From a virus (Duplodnaviria; Heunggongvirae; Uroviricota; Caudoviricetes), in IMG/VR virus record IMGVR_UViG_2740892230_000038: DNA of 26,821 nt, one strand, 5' to 3'. The notes below the pieces were generated by a model that worked only from the letters and a program-made list of their open reading frames with translations, was not told the origin of the DNA and did no database searches. Shown in pieces: positions 10,378 to 20,439 of the stretch (position 1 is its first letter; each line of letters begins with the position of its first letter). Made by a program: the position numbers and the translations under genes.

Positions 10378-10487
10378 TATCAATTCCTATTGGTATTGCA
10401 ATGAATAGATAATAGCAATGCGTATTAACCCAATCAATAGCAAAACGTGTTTTGACCATCAATACGCAAGCGTATAAATTAAAACTT

Positions 10488-10769
10488 ATGAAAAAAGAAA
10501 CTCTTGCTGATCGCTTAAACCTAGCGATGGAACAATCTGGAATGTCTCAAGGCGCTCTTGCAAAGGCGTCTGGCGTAGCTCAACCCACAATCTGGAGACT
10601 GACAAGCGGCAACGCGCGCGGCTCAACAAAAATTGTTGAAATAGCTAATGCATTGGGTGTTCGAACTGAGTGGCTCTCATCAGGCATAGGCCCGATGAGA
10701 AATGACGGTCAACAATCAGGGAAGCCTGCTGTCAACCATTCCAAATACTTCAAGATTGACGTTCTTGAT
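10488..10769 (+). CDS. CI-like repressor (immunity type 1), N-terminal HTH part only; truncated by N-run at 10770
   Basis: MKKETLADRLNLAMEQSGMSQGALAKASGVAQPTIWRLTSGNARGSTKIVEIANALGVRTEWLSSG...NHSKYFKIDVLD then Ns; HTH-XRE type. Confidence 0.55.
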
Positions 10770-10855
10770 NNNNNNNNNNGTTGCATAATTGACTCCTTTA
10801 GTTTGAATTGACTGTTAAGTTGATTGCTTATTGTTAAAGAGCGTGAAATGGAAAT

Positions 10856-11086
10856 TTAAGCTGCGTTCTTTTCGGTGTGTGGAAACAACTTCGGAAGATC
10901 CGGGCGAATCTGGTATGCCTTCACTACTCCACCAGTAGCCGTAACAATGCTGCCGACATGTTCAGGGGATACCTTTGCTTTGTTGTGAAGCCACTTATAG
11001 ACGGCCTGCTGTGAAACTTCGCAAGCAGCGCCCAGTTTCTTTTGTGAACCAACGATATTGATCGCTGTTTTGATAGCTGGGTTCAT
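10856..11086 (-). CDS. Cro-like/YdaS-like HTH regulator (immunity type 2)
   Basis: MNPAIKTAINIVGSQKKLGAACEVSQQAVYKWLHNKAKVSPEHVG...; homologous to the ORF at 10150-10377; divergent from cI-like gene at 11191. Confidence 0.6.
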   Translation of the reverse strand: MNPAIKTAINIVGSQKKLGAACEVSQQAVYKWLHNKAKVSPEHVGSIVTATGGVVKAYQIRPDLPKLFPHTEKNAA

Positions 11087-11124
11087 AACAACCTCCGTGG
11101 TTAATTTGAATCAAGATTAAAACT

Positions 11125-11149
11125 ATGGTTGTTTTTAGTCAACAACCAT
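11125..11149. promoter_or_regulatory. Candidate operator: perfect 9-bp inverted repeat ATGGTTGTT-N7-AACAACCAT between cro-like and cI-like genes
   Basis: Read directly in the divergent intergenic region; a related half-site ggttgt occurs at 11174-11179. Confidence 0.35.
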
Positions 11150-11190
11150 TTTCGTTTGATGGGATAAAACCTTGGTTGTACATTTGGACT

Positions 11191-11880
11191 ATGAAAACAA
11201 CACTCTCAGAAAGACTTAAAGAAGCCAGATTAGCGCGAGGCCTTACACAAAAGGCGCTTGGGGATTTGGTCGGGGTTAGCCAGGCTGCTATTCAGAAAAT
11301 CGAAACAGGGAAAGCTAATCAAACAACTAAAATCGTGGAGATCGCGAACGCTTTGGGTGTGCGCGCAGAATGGTTATCTTCTGGCGTTGGAAATATGTCA
11401 GACAGTACAGTGCAACCAATACAATCAACTGTCAGCCATTCCAAATACTTCAAGATTGACGTTCTTGATATAGAAGTCAGTGCTGGGCCGGGAGTCATCA
11501 ACCGTGAGTTTGTAGAAGTTCTACGCTCGGTTGAGTACTCGTTTGACGATGCTCGTCACATGTTCGATGGTAGGAAGGCGGAAAATATCCGCATCATTAA
11601 CGTGCGTGGTGACAGCATGTCAGGAACGATCGAACCAGGTGATCTGCTGTTCGTTGATATCACAGTTAAATCTTTCGACGGTGATGGTATCTATGCGTTT
11701 CTGTACGACGACACAGCCCATGTAAAGCGCCTGCAAATGATGAAGGATAAGCTGCTGGTCATCTCTGATAACAAAAGCTACTCACCGTGGGACCCGATCG
11801 AGAAAGACGAGATGAACCGGGTGTTCATCTTCGGTAAGGTTATTGGGAGCATGCCGCAGACGTATAGGAAGCATGGGTAG
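11191..11880 (+). CDS. CI-like repressor (HTH-XRE N-terminus, LexA/S24-like C-terminal domain), immunity type 2
   Basis: MKTTLSERLKEARLARGLTQKALGDLVGVSQAAIQKIETGKANQ...; C-terminal ...NVRGDSMSGTIEPGDLLFVDITV...HVKRLQMMKDKLLVISDNKSY typical of S24 autocleaving repressors. Confidence 0.8.
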   Translation: MKTTLSERLKEARLARGLTQKALGDLVGVSQAAIQKIETGKANQTTKIVEIANALGVRAEWLSSGVGNMSDSTVQPIQSTVSHSKYFKIDVLDIEVSAGPGVINREFVEVLRSVEYSFDDARHMFDGRKAENIRIINVRGDSMSGTIEPGDLLFVDITVKSFDGDGIYAFLYDDTAHVKRLQMMKDKLLVISDNKSYSPWDPIEKDEMNRVFIFGKVIGSMPQTYRKHG

Positions 11881-11941
11881 CCATACAATAGAAGTTTTAA
11901 GATTTAAGACAATATCGTAAATTAACTGTATATGTGATCAG

Positions 11942-12895
11942 GTGAATGCCATAATGGATGCGGGCAACAATTCGGAAACCAATGATATGAAGTTCAGGAT
12001 AGTATACGACGGTCCGGCACTGGAAACGCATGAAATGAACGTGCGAGACCTTGCTCCTGCCCTTCTATCACTATCAGATGCATTAGAGGAAGCCGGTAAA
12101 ACTCTCTACGGAAACAAGACTGTTGTTTCTGTAAAAGTCAATGCATCATTTAAAGCTGGCTCATTTGGAATAGATCTGGTTGCCTCATCTACATCTTGGT
12201 TCAAACAGGCTGTTGATTTTTTATCCGGCGATTCAGCAACAGCCGCTGCGAATTTGATTGCTTTTATTGGACTCTGTCCTGGTTCTAAAGAAAAAATATG
12301 CAAAGGCCTAATTCAACTGATAAAATGGATAGGTCCAAGGAAAATAAAAAAATTACACAATTTGCCTGATAGCAACATCGAAGTCTTTGTTGATGACGAA
12401 AGCGAGATCTACGACAGTAACGTTATTGAACTTTATAAAAATATTAAACTTCGCTCTTCATTACAAGAAGTTATAAGTAAGCCATTAGAGCAGGAAGGCA
12501 TTGACAGCTTTGCCTCTACTGTCGATGATGGTTTGACATTCATGACGATCAACAAGCAAGAAGCACATTATTTCAAAGTCAATCTACCAGCAGAATCAAT
12601 AATTTCAGAGTACACAGTAGAGAAAGCCCTTCAAATTAAAAATATTTCCTTCAATGAAGGAAGCCGGTGGCGGTTTTCTGATGGTGCCAGTAGCTTTTTG
12701 GCTGAAATAAAAGACCAGAAATTCATCAGCGATATTGATAACAACACCTTAAATTTTTCTAAAGGTGATATGTTACTTGTAGATTTAAAAGTAACTCAAT
12801 ATATGATCGGAGATGCCATAAAAACCATATTCGAAATTGAGCATGTAAAAAAACAGTTGAATCCTCAAAGGCAAATAGATCTTCCATTCGAATAA
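11942..12895 (+). CDS. Hypothetical protein at the rex (post-repressor) position; AT-rich cargo gene
   Basis: 317-aa ORF (GTG at 11942; alternative ATG starts at 11954 and 11987) immediately downstream of cI-like gene and 5 nt upstream of tImm-like terminator; no family recognised. Confidence 0.6.
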   Translation: MNAIMDAGNNSETNDMKFRIVYDGPALETHEMNVRDLAPALLSLSDALEEAGKTLYGNKTVVSVKVNASFKAGSFGIDLVASSTSWFKQAVDFLSGDSATAAANLIAFIGLCPGSKEKICKGLIQLIKWIGPRKIKKLHNLPDSNIEVFVDDESEIYDSNVIELYKNIKLRSSLQEVISKPLEQEGIDSFASTVDDGLTFMTINKQEAHYFKVNLPAESIISEYTVEKALQIKNISFNEGSRWRFSDGASSFLAEIKDQKFISDIDNNTLNFSKGDMLLVDLKVTQYMIGDAIKTIFEIEHVKKQLNPQRQIDLPFE

Positions 12896-12900
12896 AGATA

Positions 12901-12927
12901 CCCGGCCACCGTGCCGGGTTTTCTTTT
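12901..12927 (+). terminator. tImm-like rho-independent terminator
   Basis: cccggc-caccgt-gccggg followed by ttttctttt; homologous copies at 19075-19101 and 16078-16103. Confidence 0.6.
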
Positions 12928-13011
12928 GCCTCCCCTCATCACACAAACCGTTCAAAAAACCACCACGACCTCGCTTCAGTTATCGCTATGCGATTCAAGT
13001 CNNNNNNNNNN

Positions 13012-13534
13012 AAAGATCGTTTTCTGGCTGGTCAGAGGATTCGCCAGAATTCTCGGACGAATAATCTTTTCTTTTTTCTTTTGTAATAGTGTCTTTTGTG
13101 TCCCCCTGTTTTGAGGGATAGCAATCCCCCAATTTGAGGGATGTTTTATCCCTCGTTTTAGGGGATTTTCCCTCGTTTTGAGGGATGCACCATTCTGAGA
13201 TGTTTTTATTTGGTCCAAACATGCCGCCTTGCTGCTTGATAATATTCATTCTGACGAGTTCTAACTTGGCTTCATTGCACCGTTTGACAGGTAACTTTGT
13301 AATCTCGCTAAGTTGAGAATCGGTGATTCTGTCCATTGGTTTATTCCACCCATAGGTTTTACGCAGAATGGCAAGCAGCACTTTAAACTGTCGCTTGGTC
13401 AGATCTGCGCCTGAATAAGCCTCAATCAGCATATTTGATAGTCTGGCGTAACCATCATCGAGATCTGCCACATTACGCTCCTGTTCGGCAAAGTTACCTC
13501 TGCCGAAGTTGAGTATTTTTGCTGTATTTGTCAT
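13012..13534 (-). CDS. O: Lambda-type O protein N-terminal (ori-binding) domain; 3' end cut by N-run at 13002-13011
   Basis: MTNTAKILNFGRGNFAEQERNVADLDDGYARLSNMLIEAYSGADLTKRQFKVLLAILRKTYGWNKPMDR...SSDQPENDL matches recalled lambda O N-terminus. Confidence 0.7.
13101..13186. repeat. ori-lambda iterons (four ~19-bp repeats) inside the O coding sequence
   Basis: tccccctgttttgagggat, atcccccaatttgagggat, atccctcgttttaggggat, tccctcgttttgagggat; flanked by AT-rich tract at 13060-13100. Confidence 0.7.
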
Positions 13535-13566
13535 AATGACTCCTGTTGATAGATCCAGTAATGACC

Positions 13567-13860
13567 TCAGAACTCCATCTGGATTTGTTCAGAACGCTCG
13601 GTTGCCGCCGGGCGTTTTTTATTGGTGAGAATCGCAGCAACTTGTCGCGCCAATCGAGCCATGTCGTCGTCAACGCCCCCCCATTCAAGAACAGCAAGCA
13701 GCATTGAGAACTTGGGAATCCAGTCTCTCTTCCACCTGCTGATCTGCGACTTATCAACTCCCACAGCTTCCGCTGTCTTCTCAGTTCCAAGCATTGCGAT
13801 TTTGTTAAGCAACGCACTCTCGATTCGTAGTGCCTCGTTGCGTTTGTTTGCACGAACCAT
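13567..13860 (-). CDS. cII: Transcriptional activator CII
   Basis: MVRANKRNEALRIESALLNKIAMLGTEKTAEAVGVDKSQISRWKRDWIPKFSMLLAVLEWG...SEQIQMEF matches recalled lambda CII. Confidence 0.9.
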   Translation of the reverse strand: MVRANKRNEALRIESALLNKIAMLGTEKTAEAVGVDKSQISRWKRDWIPKFSMLLAVLEWGGVDDDMARLARQVAAILTNKKRPAATERSEQIQMEF

Positions 13861-13939
13861 ATGTAAGTATTTCCTTAGATAACAATTGATTGAATGTATG
13901 CAAATAAATGCATACACCATAGGTGTGGTTTAATTGGAT

Positions 13940-13971
13940 GCCCTTTTTCAGGGCTGTGATGTGTAAGAGCG
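13940..13971 (-). promoter_or_regulatory. nutR (boxB hairpin plus boxA)
   Basis: On minus strand boxA cgctcttacac and boxB gccctgaaaaagggc, immediately downstream of cro. Confidence 0.6.
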
Positions 13972-13978
13972 GTGTTAT

Positions 13979-14188
<210 letters not shown>

Positions 14189-14205
14189 TTAGTACATGCA
14201 ATTAT

Positions 14206-14269
14206 TATCACCGCTAGAGGTAAAACAGTCAACACGCACGGTGTTAGATATTTATCCCTTGCGGTGATA
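14206..14269. promoter_or_regulatory. Right operator OR1-OR2-OR3 with pR/pRM
   Basis: 17-mers tatcaccgctagaggta (OR1), caacacgcacggtgtta (OR2), tatcccttgcggtgata (OR3) between cro and cI. Confidence 0.8.
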
Positions 14270-14276
14270 GATTTAA

Positions 14277-14993
<717 letters not shown>

Positions 14994-15043
14994 TGATAAG
15001 TCGCCGAGATGCTCGTAGAGCATACAGCGATGCAGGAGAATTT

Positions 15044-15478
15044 ATGGCACTTAATTTAGAAAGAATATCTTTTATAACCCCATTTGATAGCAGCGAAGAA
15101 CCCAACCAACCGACGCTTAATTTTACATGCAATGAATTTCCTGCGCGGCTATCAATTGATTTCAGGGTTGGTATGATCGGGTTGAAACCAAATTCAAGAT
15201 ATAATTTGGGTATTATGGTAATCCCCGCGCACCTAATTATAAAAAAAGGTGAGGAAATTCAATTCCCTGACGGCTCTTCGGAATCAGTTTCACTTTTCAT
15301 CGATACGAAAGATAGCCATTTTGAAACAGGGGTTGGCGGACAGGTAATAGTAACATTGAAAGAAATTAGGGTCCCAGCTAAAGGGCTGTATAGTGTTATA
15401 GGGAGATTGCAAGATAATGAAGACCCTAAAAATGAACTTCATAAAAATGAATCATTTTTCACCGTAGAGCTATTATGA
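15044..15478 (+). CDS. Hypothetical soluble protein, first gene of a two-gene cassette at the rex position (not RexA-like)
   Basis: ATG at 15044 preceded by aggag SD (alternative GTG/ATG at 14990/14993 overlapping cI stop); 144 aa; AT-rich; stop overlaps next gene start (ATGA). Confidence 0.6.
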   Translation: MALNLERISFITPFDSSEEPNQPTLNFTCNEFPARLSIDFRVGMIGLKPNSRYNLGIMVIPAHLIIKKGEEIQFPDGSSESVSLFIDTKDSHFETGVGGQVIVTLKEIRVPAKGLYSVIGRLQDNEDPKNELHKNESFFTVELL

Positions 15479-16077
15479 GTGACGACAGCAATTTAAATAA
15501 TCATGGAAAGCAAGACACCAACATATCTGAAAGCCGGAGGTTGAAGGTTGTTGGCGGTTCCGATTTTGAGGCTGAATTTGATAATTCTCCCACCAAGGTG
15601 CAAAATAATTACATAAAACCGCCACAAACGGAGGAAGAAGTGGGAACGATCAGCAGAGAGGAACTTGATGCTCGCTTAGCTGCTAATAAAGCAGAGATGG
15701 AGTCTATTGCTTCTTCCATTAGGGCTGACATGGCTCTATCTCGTGAAAGCGTTAATGTCCAATTTGCATCACTTAATGCGGCCATAAGCTCTCTATCGTC
15801 CAAGATCGATGGAAAAATGGATAGCGCTGCTGGCGATTTAAAAGCAATTAATGGGAGATTCGAAGGAATTCAAGGACAAATAACAGGGGTTAATACCGCA
15901 ATTAGTGGTGTTCAGTCGGGTATTTCTATACGATTAGCCATTTTTAGTGTCATTATCGCTGTAATAGTTGCGATTCCCGGGCTGGTATCAGCTTTAAAGT
16001 CAGACCACGCACCTTTGCAAGCGCCGCCACAAAATACCCAGCCAACAGACAACAAAAAAATCACTCCCCAGCATTAA
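15475..16077 (+). CDS. Hypothetical tail-anchored membrane protein (Ser/Ala-rich coiled-coil-like region plus single C-terminal TM helix), second gene of rex-position cassette
   Basis: 200-aa ORF; hydrophobic segment LAIFSVIIAVIVAIPGLVSAL near C-terminus; repetitive region ...ASLNAAISSLSSKIDGKMDSAAGDLKAINGRFEGIQGQITGVNTAISGVQSG...; unlike the polytopic RexB as recalled. Confidence 0.6.
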   Translation: MSDDSNLNNHGKQDTNISESRRLKVVGGSDFEAEFDNSPTKVQNNYIKPPQTEEEVGTISREELDARLAANKAEMESIASSIRADMALSRESVNVQFASLNAAISSLSSKIDGKMDSAAGDLKAINGRFEGIQGQITGVNTAISGVQSGISIRLAIFSVIIAVIVAIPGLVSALKSDHAPLQAPPQNTQPTDNKKITPQH

Positions 16078-16103
16078 CCCGGCCTCAGCGCCGGTTTTTC
16101 TTT
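16078..16103 (+). terminator. tImm-like terminator after the cassette
   Basis: GC stem ccggc...gccgg followed by tttttcttt; homologous to 12901-12927 and 19075-19101. Confidence 0.5.
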
Positions 16104-16260
16104 GCCTCACGATCGCCCCACCTAAAAACACATAACCAATTGTATTTATTGGAAAATAAATAGATACAACTCACTAAACAACGCAATTCTGATCTCTCCT
16201 TACATCGCCGAGGCAATACACTCACTCGAAAAAATAAATCCATATAAAAAACATACAGAT

Positions 16261-16322
16261 AACCATTTGCGGTGATAAAATATCTCTAGCGGTGTTGACA
16301 CAAATACCACTAGCGGTGATAC
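16261..16322 (+). promoter_or_regulatory. Left operator OL3-OL2-OL1 with pL
   Basis: aaccatttgcggtgata, tatctctagcggtgttg, taccactagcggtgata; -35 ttgaca and -10 gatact. Confidence 0.8.
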
Positions 16323-16374
16323 TTAGCCCGTCAGCAGGACGCACTAACCACCATTGAAGGTGAGGCTCTTAAAA

Positions 16375-16404
16375 ATTTAGCCCTGAAGAAGGGCAGCATT
16401 CAAA
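16375..16404 (+). promoter_or_regulatory. nutL (boxA plus boxB hairpin)
   Basis: gctcttaaaaatttagccctgaagaagggc; boxB stem-loop gccctgaagaagggc. Confidence 0.65.
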
Positions 16405-16504
16405 GCAGAAAGCTTTGAGTAGCGCGAAATGCAGCTGCAAGACAGCAACCGTGGGGATAAGCATCACGGCGCGTTACTCAAAGCTAACTGACAGGAGAAT
16501 CCAG

Positions 16505-17402
<898 letters not shown>

Positions 17403-17524
17403 TTAAAAGACAGGCACAATCTTTACTACCGCAATCCACTATTTAAGGTGATATATGGAAGAAGAATTTGAAGAGTTCGAAGAGCATCCTCAGGATGTGA
17501 TGGAACAATACCAGGACTATCCGT

Positions 17525-17725
17525 ATGACTACGACTATTGATAAAAATCAATGGTGTGGACAATTCAAGCGATGCAATGGATGCAAGCTGCAATCGAAAT
17601 GCATGGTTAAGCCTGAAGAAATGTTTCCTGTAATGGAAGATGGGAAATATGTCGATAAATGGGCAATACGAACGACGGCAATGATTGCCAGAGAACTTGG
17701 TAAACAGAACAACAAAGCTGCCTGA
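17525..17725 (+). CDS. ral: Restriction alleviation protein Ral
   Basis: MTTTIDKNQWCGQFKRCNGCKLQSKCMVKPEEMFPVMEDGKYVDKWAIRTTAMIARELGKQNNKAA matches recalled lambda Ral. Confidence 0.85.
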   Translation: MTTTIDKNQWCGQFKRCNGCKLQSKCMVKPEEMFPVMEDGKYVDKWAIRTTAMIARELGKQNNKAA

Positions 17726-17861
17726 TAGTGGCCTTTATTTTTGGCATAAATAACAGAATAAACACTGCACTGTGTATTCATTCCAACGAGTGAATACACG
17801 GAGCAATGTCGCTCGTAACTAAACAGGAGCCGACTTGTTCTGATTATTGGAAATCTTCTTT

Positions 17862-17887
17862 GCCCTCCAATGTGAGGGCGATTTTTT
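17862..17887 (+). terminator. Rho-independent terminator (tL1-like)
   Basis: gccctc-caatgt-gagggc followed by gatttttt. Confidence 0.5.
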
Positions 17888-17907
17888 ATCTGTGAGGATA
17901 TGAACAG

Positions 17908-18408
17908 ATGTCAAACATCAAAAAATACATCATTGATTACGACTGGAAAGCATCAATAGAAATTGAAATCGACCATGACGTAATGACAGAGGAAAAACTT
18001 CACCAGATTAATAATTTCTGGTCAGACTCTGAATACCGACTCAATAAACACGGCTCTGTATTAAATGCTGTATTAATCATGCTGGCGCAACATGCTCTGC
18101 TTATAGCAATTTCGAAAGACTTAAATGCATATGGTGTTGTTTGTGAGTTCGACTGGGATGATGGAAATGGTCAGGAAGGATGGCCTCCAATGGATGGAGG
18201 TGAAGGAATAAGAATTACCGATATCGATACATCAGNNNNNNNNNNAAGCGACTTAAATGCATATGGTGTTGTGTGTGAGTTCGACTGGAATGATGGAAAT
18301 GGTCAGGAAGGATGGCCTTCAATGGATGGTAGCGAAGGAATAAGAATTACCGATATCGATACATCAGGAATATTTGATTCAGATGATATGACTATCAAGG
18401 CCGTCTGA
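17908..18408 (+). CDS. Ea10-position hypothetical protein; length inflated by N-run 18236-18245 and a duplicated variant block
   Basis: MSNIKKYIIDYDWKASIEIEIDHDVMTEEKLHQINNFWSDSEYRLNKHG...; segment DLNAYGVVCEFDW(D/N)DGNGQEGWP... present twice around the N-run; lies between ral and cIII. Confidence 0.5.
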   Translation: MSNIKKYIIDYDWKASIEIEIDHDVMTEEKLHQINNFWSDSEYRLNKHGSVLNAVLIMLAQHALLIAISKDLNAYGVVCEFDWDDGNGQEGWPPMDGGEGIRITDIDTSXXXXSDLNAYGVVCEFDWNDGNGQEGWPSMDGSEGIRITDIDTSGIFDSDDMTIKAV

Positions 18409-18480
18409 GTGCGGTTTTACCGCATACCAATAACGCTTCACTCGAGGCGTTTTTCGTTATGTATAAATAAGGAGCACACC

Positions 18481-18645
18481 ATGCAATATGCCATTGCAGG
18501 GTGGCCTGTTGCTGGCTGCCCTTCCGAATCTTTACTTGAACGAATCACCCGTAAATTACGTGACGGATGGAAACGCCTTATCGACATACTTAATCAGCCA
18601 GGAGTCCCAAAGAATGGATCAAATACTTATGGCTATCCAGACTAA
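18481..18645 (+). CDS. cIII: CIII (FtsH/HflB inhibitor)
   Basis: MQYAIAGWPVAGCPSESLLERITRKLRDGWKRLIDILNQPGVPKNGSNTYGYPD matches recalled lambda CIII; aaggag SD. Confidence 0.85.
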   Translation: MQYAIAGWPVAGCPSESLLERITRKLRDGWKRLIDILNQPGVPKNGSNTYGYPD

Positions 18646-18757
18646 ATTCACTATCGCCACTTTTATTGGCGATGAAAAGATGTTTCGTGAAGCCGTCGAC
18701 GCTTATAAAAAATGGATATTAATGCTGAAACTGAGATCAAGCAAAAGCATTCACTAA
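18614..18757 (+). CDS. kil: Kil (host-killing/division inhibitor)
   Basis: MDQILMAIQTKFTIATFIGDEKMFREAVDAYKKWILMLKLRSSKSIH (47 aa) overlapping cIII end as in lambda. Confidence 0.8.
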   Translation: MDQILMAIQTKFTIATFIGDEKMFREAVDAYKKWILMLKLRSSKSIH

Positions 18758-18802
18758 CCCCCTTTCCTGTTTTCCTAATCAGCCTGGCATTTNNNNNNNN
18801 NN

Positions 18803-18953
18803 TCTGCAAATGATGAAGGATAAGCTGCTGGTTATCTCTGATAACAAGAGCTACTCACCTTGGGACCCGATCGAGAAAGACGAGATGAACCGGGTGTTCA
18901 TCTTCGGTAAGGTTATTGGGAGCATGCCGCAGACATATAGGAAGCATGGGTAG
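18803..18953 (+). CDS. CI-like repressor C-terminal fragment (variant copy following an N-run)
   Basis: About 96 percent identical at DNA level to 11730-11880 (…LQMMKDKLLVISDNKSYSPWDPIEKDEMNRVFIFGKVIGSMPQTYRKHG); followed by a cargo-free spacer and tImm. Confidence 0.5.
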
Positions 18954-19074
18954 TACCAATTAAAAATTATCAACTGGGCATTGTGCTCATTCAGTAAAGA
19001 ACTAATTCCTATCTTTGCTCTAGGTAGTAATATTAAGCCACCGCAATAATATCTTTACCTAACGGCGTAAGAAT

Positions 19075-19101
19075 CCCGGTCACCGTGCCGGGTTTTCTTT
19101 T
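19075..19101 (+). terminator. tImm-like rho-independent terminator (cargo-free context)
   Basis: cccgg-tcaccgtg-ccggg followed by ttttctttt; downstream 80 bp homologous to 12928-13001. Confidence 0.5.
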
Positions 19102-19855
19102 GCCCTCCCCTCATCACACACACACCGTTAAAAAAACCACCATAACCTCGCTTCAGTTATCGCTATGCGATTCAAGTCACAAAATTAATTCTTTTTGCCA
19201 TCAAACATTTAATAGCAAAACACATCTAACAATAGCAATAAGTATTAATATCACCAATAGCAATAGCTATTATCACCATGTCGCAACAACACAACGATAC
19301 GGCAACCACCTGATTCACCGTTGCGATGACCGCTTAGATCCNNNNNNNNNNAAATCCATCCTAAATACAACCAGTTATATCTAAAACAACCAATAAAACA
19401 ACTTTTGTTGTTGACGATAAAACAACTATAGTTTTAAATAAGTTCATCGCAACAACACAACGATACGGCAACTACCTGATTCACCGTTGCGATGACCGCT
19501 TAGATCCGCAGTTTGAATTTCAGCAGGCTTCGGGGAGTGCGAGGGGTGAAACGGACGCGTGAACGTCGGTGTGACCAGCTGAAATCAACTCAACACTTCA
19601 TACCTCAGTTGCTTCAACGAGGCGACTTAGTTATGACAACCGGCGGCCATCCACCGCCAGATACTGCGCAACCCCTTATTTGTTCAGCAGCCCAGCTTAC
19701 GGGCAGGAGTTTTTNNNNNNNNNNTAACTCAACATTTCATACCTTAGTCGCTTCAACGAGGCGGCTTAGTTATGACAACCGGCGGCCATCCACCGCCTGA
19801 ATACGCGCAGAAGTCTCTATATGTTCAGCAGCCCAGCTTACGGGCAGGAGTTTTT

Positions 19856-20062
19856 ATGGTTCATCAACATTATGGAACGCAGACCGTTAATCGAGGTGCG
19901 GTCATGCCAGGAATGCTGGTCAAACACAAAGATGGTACCTGGACTGCATCAGCTAATTTACGCGGACGGCTTTATCTGCATCGCGGCATCGAGCGCACTT
20001 ATACCCGTGATTTGCTCGTGGAAGTTTTTCTCGACGGACGCGGCAACGGCCTGAATCACTAA
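19856..20062 (+). CDS. Hypothetical small protein at the kil position, upstream of gam
   Basis: 68-codon ORF MVHQHYGTQTVNRGAVMPGMLVKHKDGTWTASANLRGRLYLHRGIERTYTRDLLVEVFLDGRGNGLNH with aggag SD 6 nt upstream; ends just before the conserved gam leader. Confidence 0.45.
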   Translation: MVHQHYGTQTVNRGAVMPGMLVKHKDGTWTASANLRGRLYLHRGIERTYTRDLLVEVFLDGRGNGLNH

Positions 20063-20137
20063 TCCCCTTTCCTGTTTACCTAATCAGCCTGGCATTTCGC
20101 GGGCGATATTTTCACAGCCATTTTCAGGAGTTCAGCC

Positions 20138-20434
20138 ATGAACGCTTATTACATTCAGGATCGTCTTGAGGCTCAGAGCTGGGCGCGTCACTACCAGCAG
20201 ATCGCCCGTGAAGAGAAAGAGGCAGAACTGGCAGACGACATGGAAAAAGGCCTGCCCCAGCACCTGTTTGAATCGCTATGCATCGATCATTTGCAACGCC
20301 ACGGGGCCAGCAAAAAAGCCATTACCCGTGCGTTTGATGACGATGTTGAGTTTCAGGAGCGCATGGCAGAACACATCCAGTACATGGTTGAAACCATTGC
20401 TCACCACCAGGTTGATATTGATTCAGAGGTATAA
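20138..20434 (+). CDS. gam: Gam (RecBCD inhibitor), short form
   Basis: [60 protein letters not shown]...[10 protein letters not shown] matches recalled lambda Gam. Confidence 0.9.
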   Translation: MNAYYIQDRLEAQSWARHYQQIAREEKEAELADDMEKGLPQHLFESLCIDHLQRHGASKKAITRAFDDDVEFQERMAEHIQYMVETIAHHQVDIDSEV

Positions 20435-20439
20435 AACGG

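Noticed and set aside
17456-17542. 28-codon acidic ORF (MEEEFEEFEEHPQDVMEQYQDYPYDYDY) overlapping the ral start
   Set aside because: Too short and unsupported to call from sequence alone; could be a leader peptide, but there is no evidence for translation.
19513-19800. 95-aa ORF with an Arg-rich N-terminus that could be an N-like antiterminator
   Set aside because: Spans an N-run (19715-19724) and a duplicated block, has no convincing SD, and overlaps the better-supported 19856-20062 ORF region; insufficient evidence.
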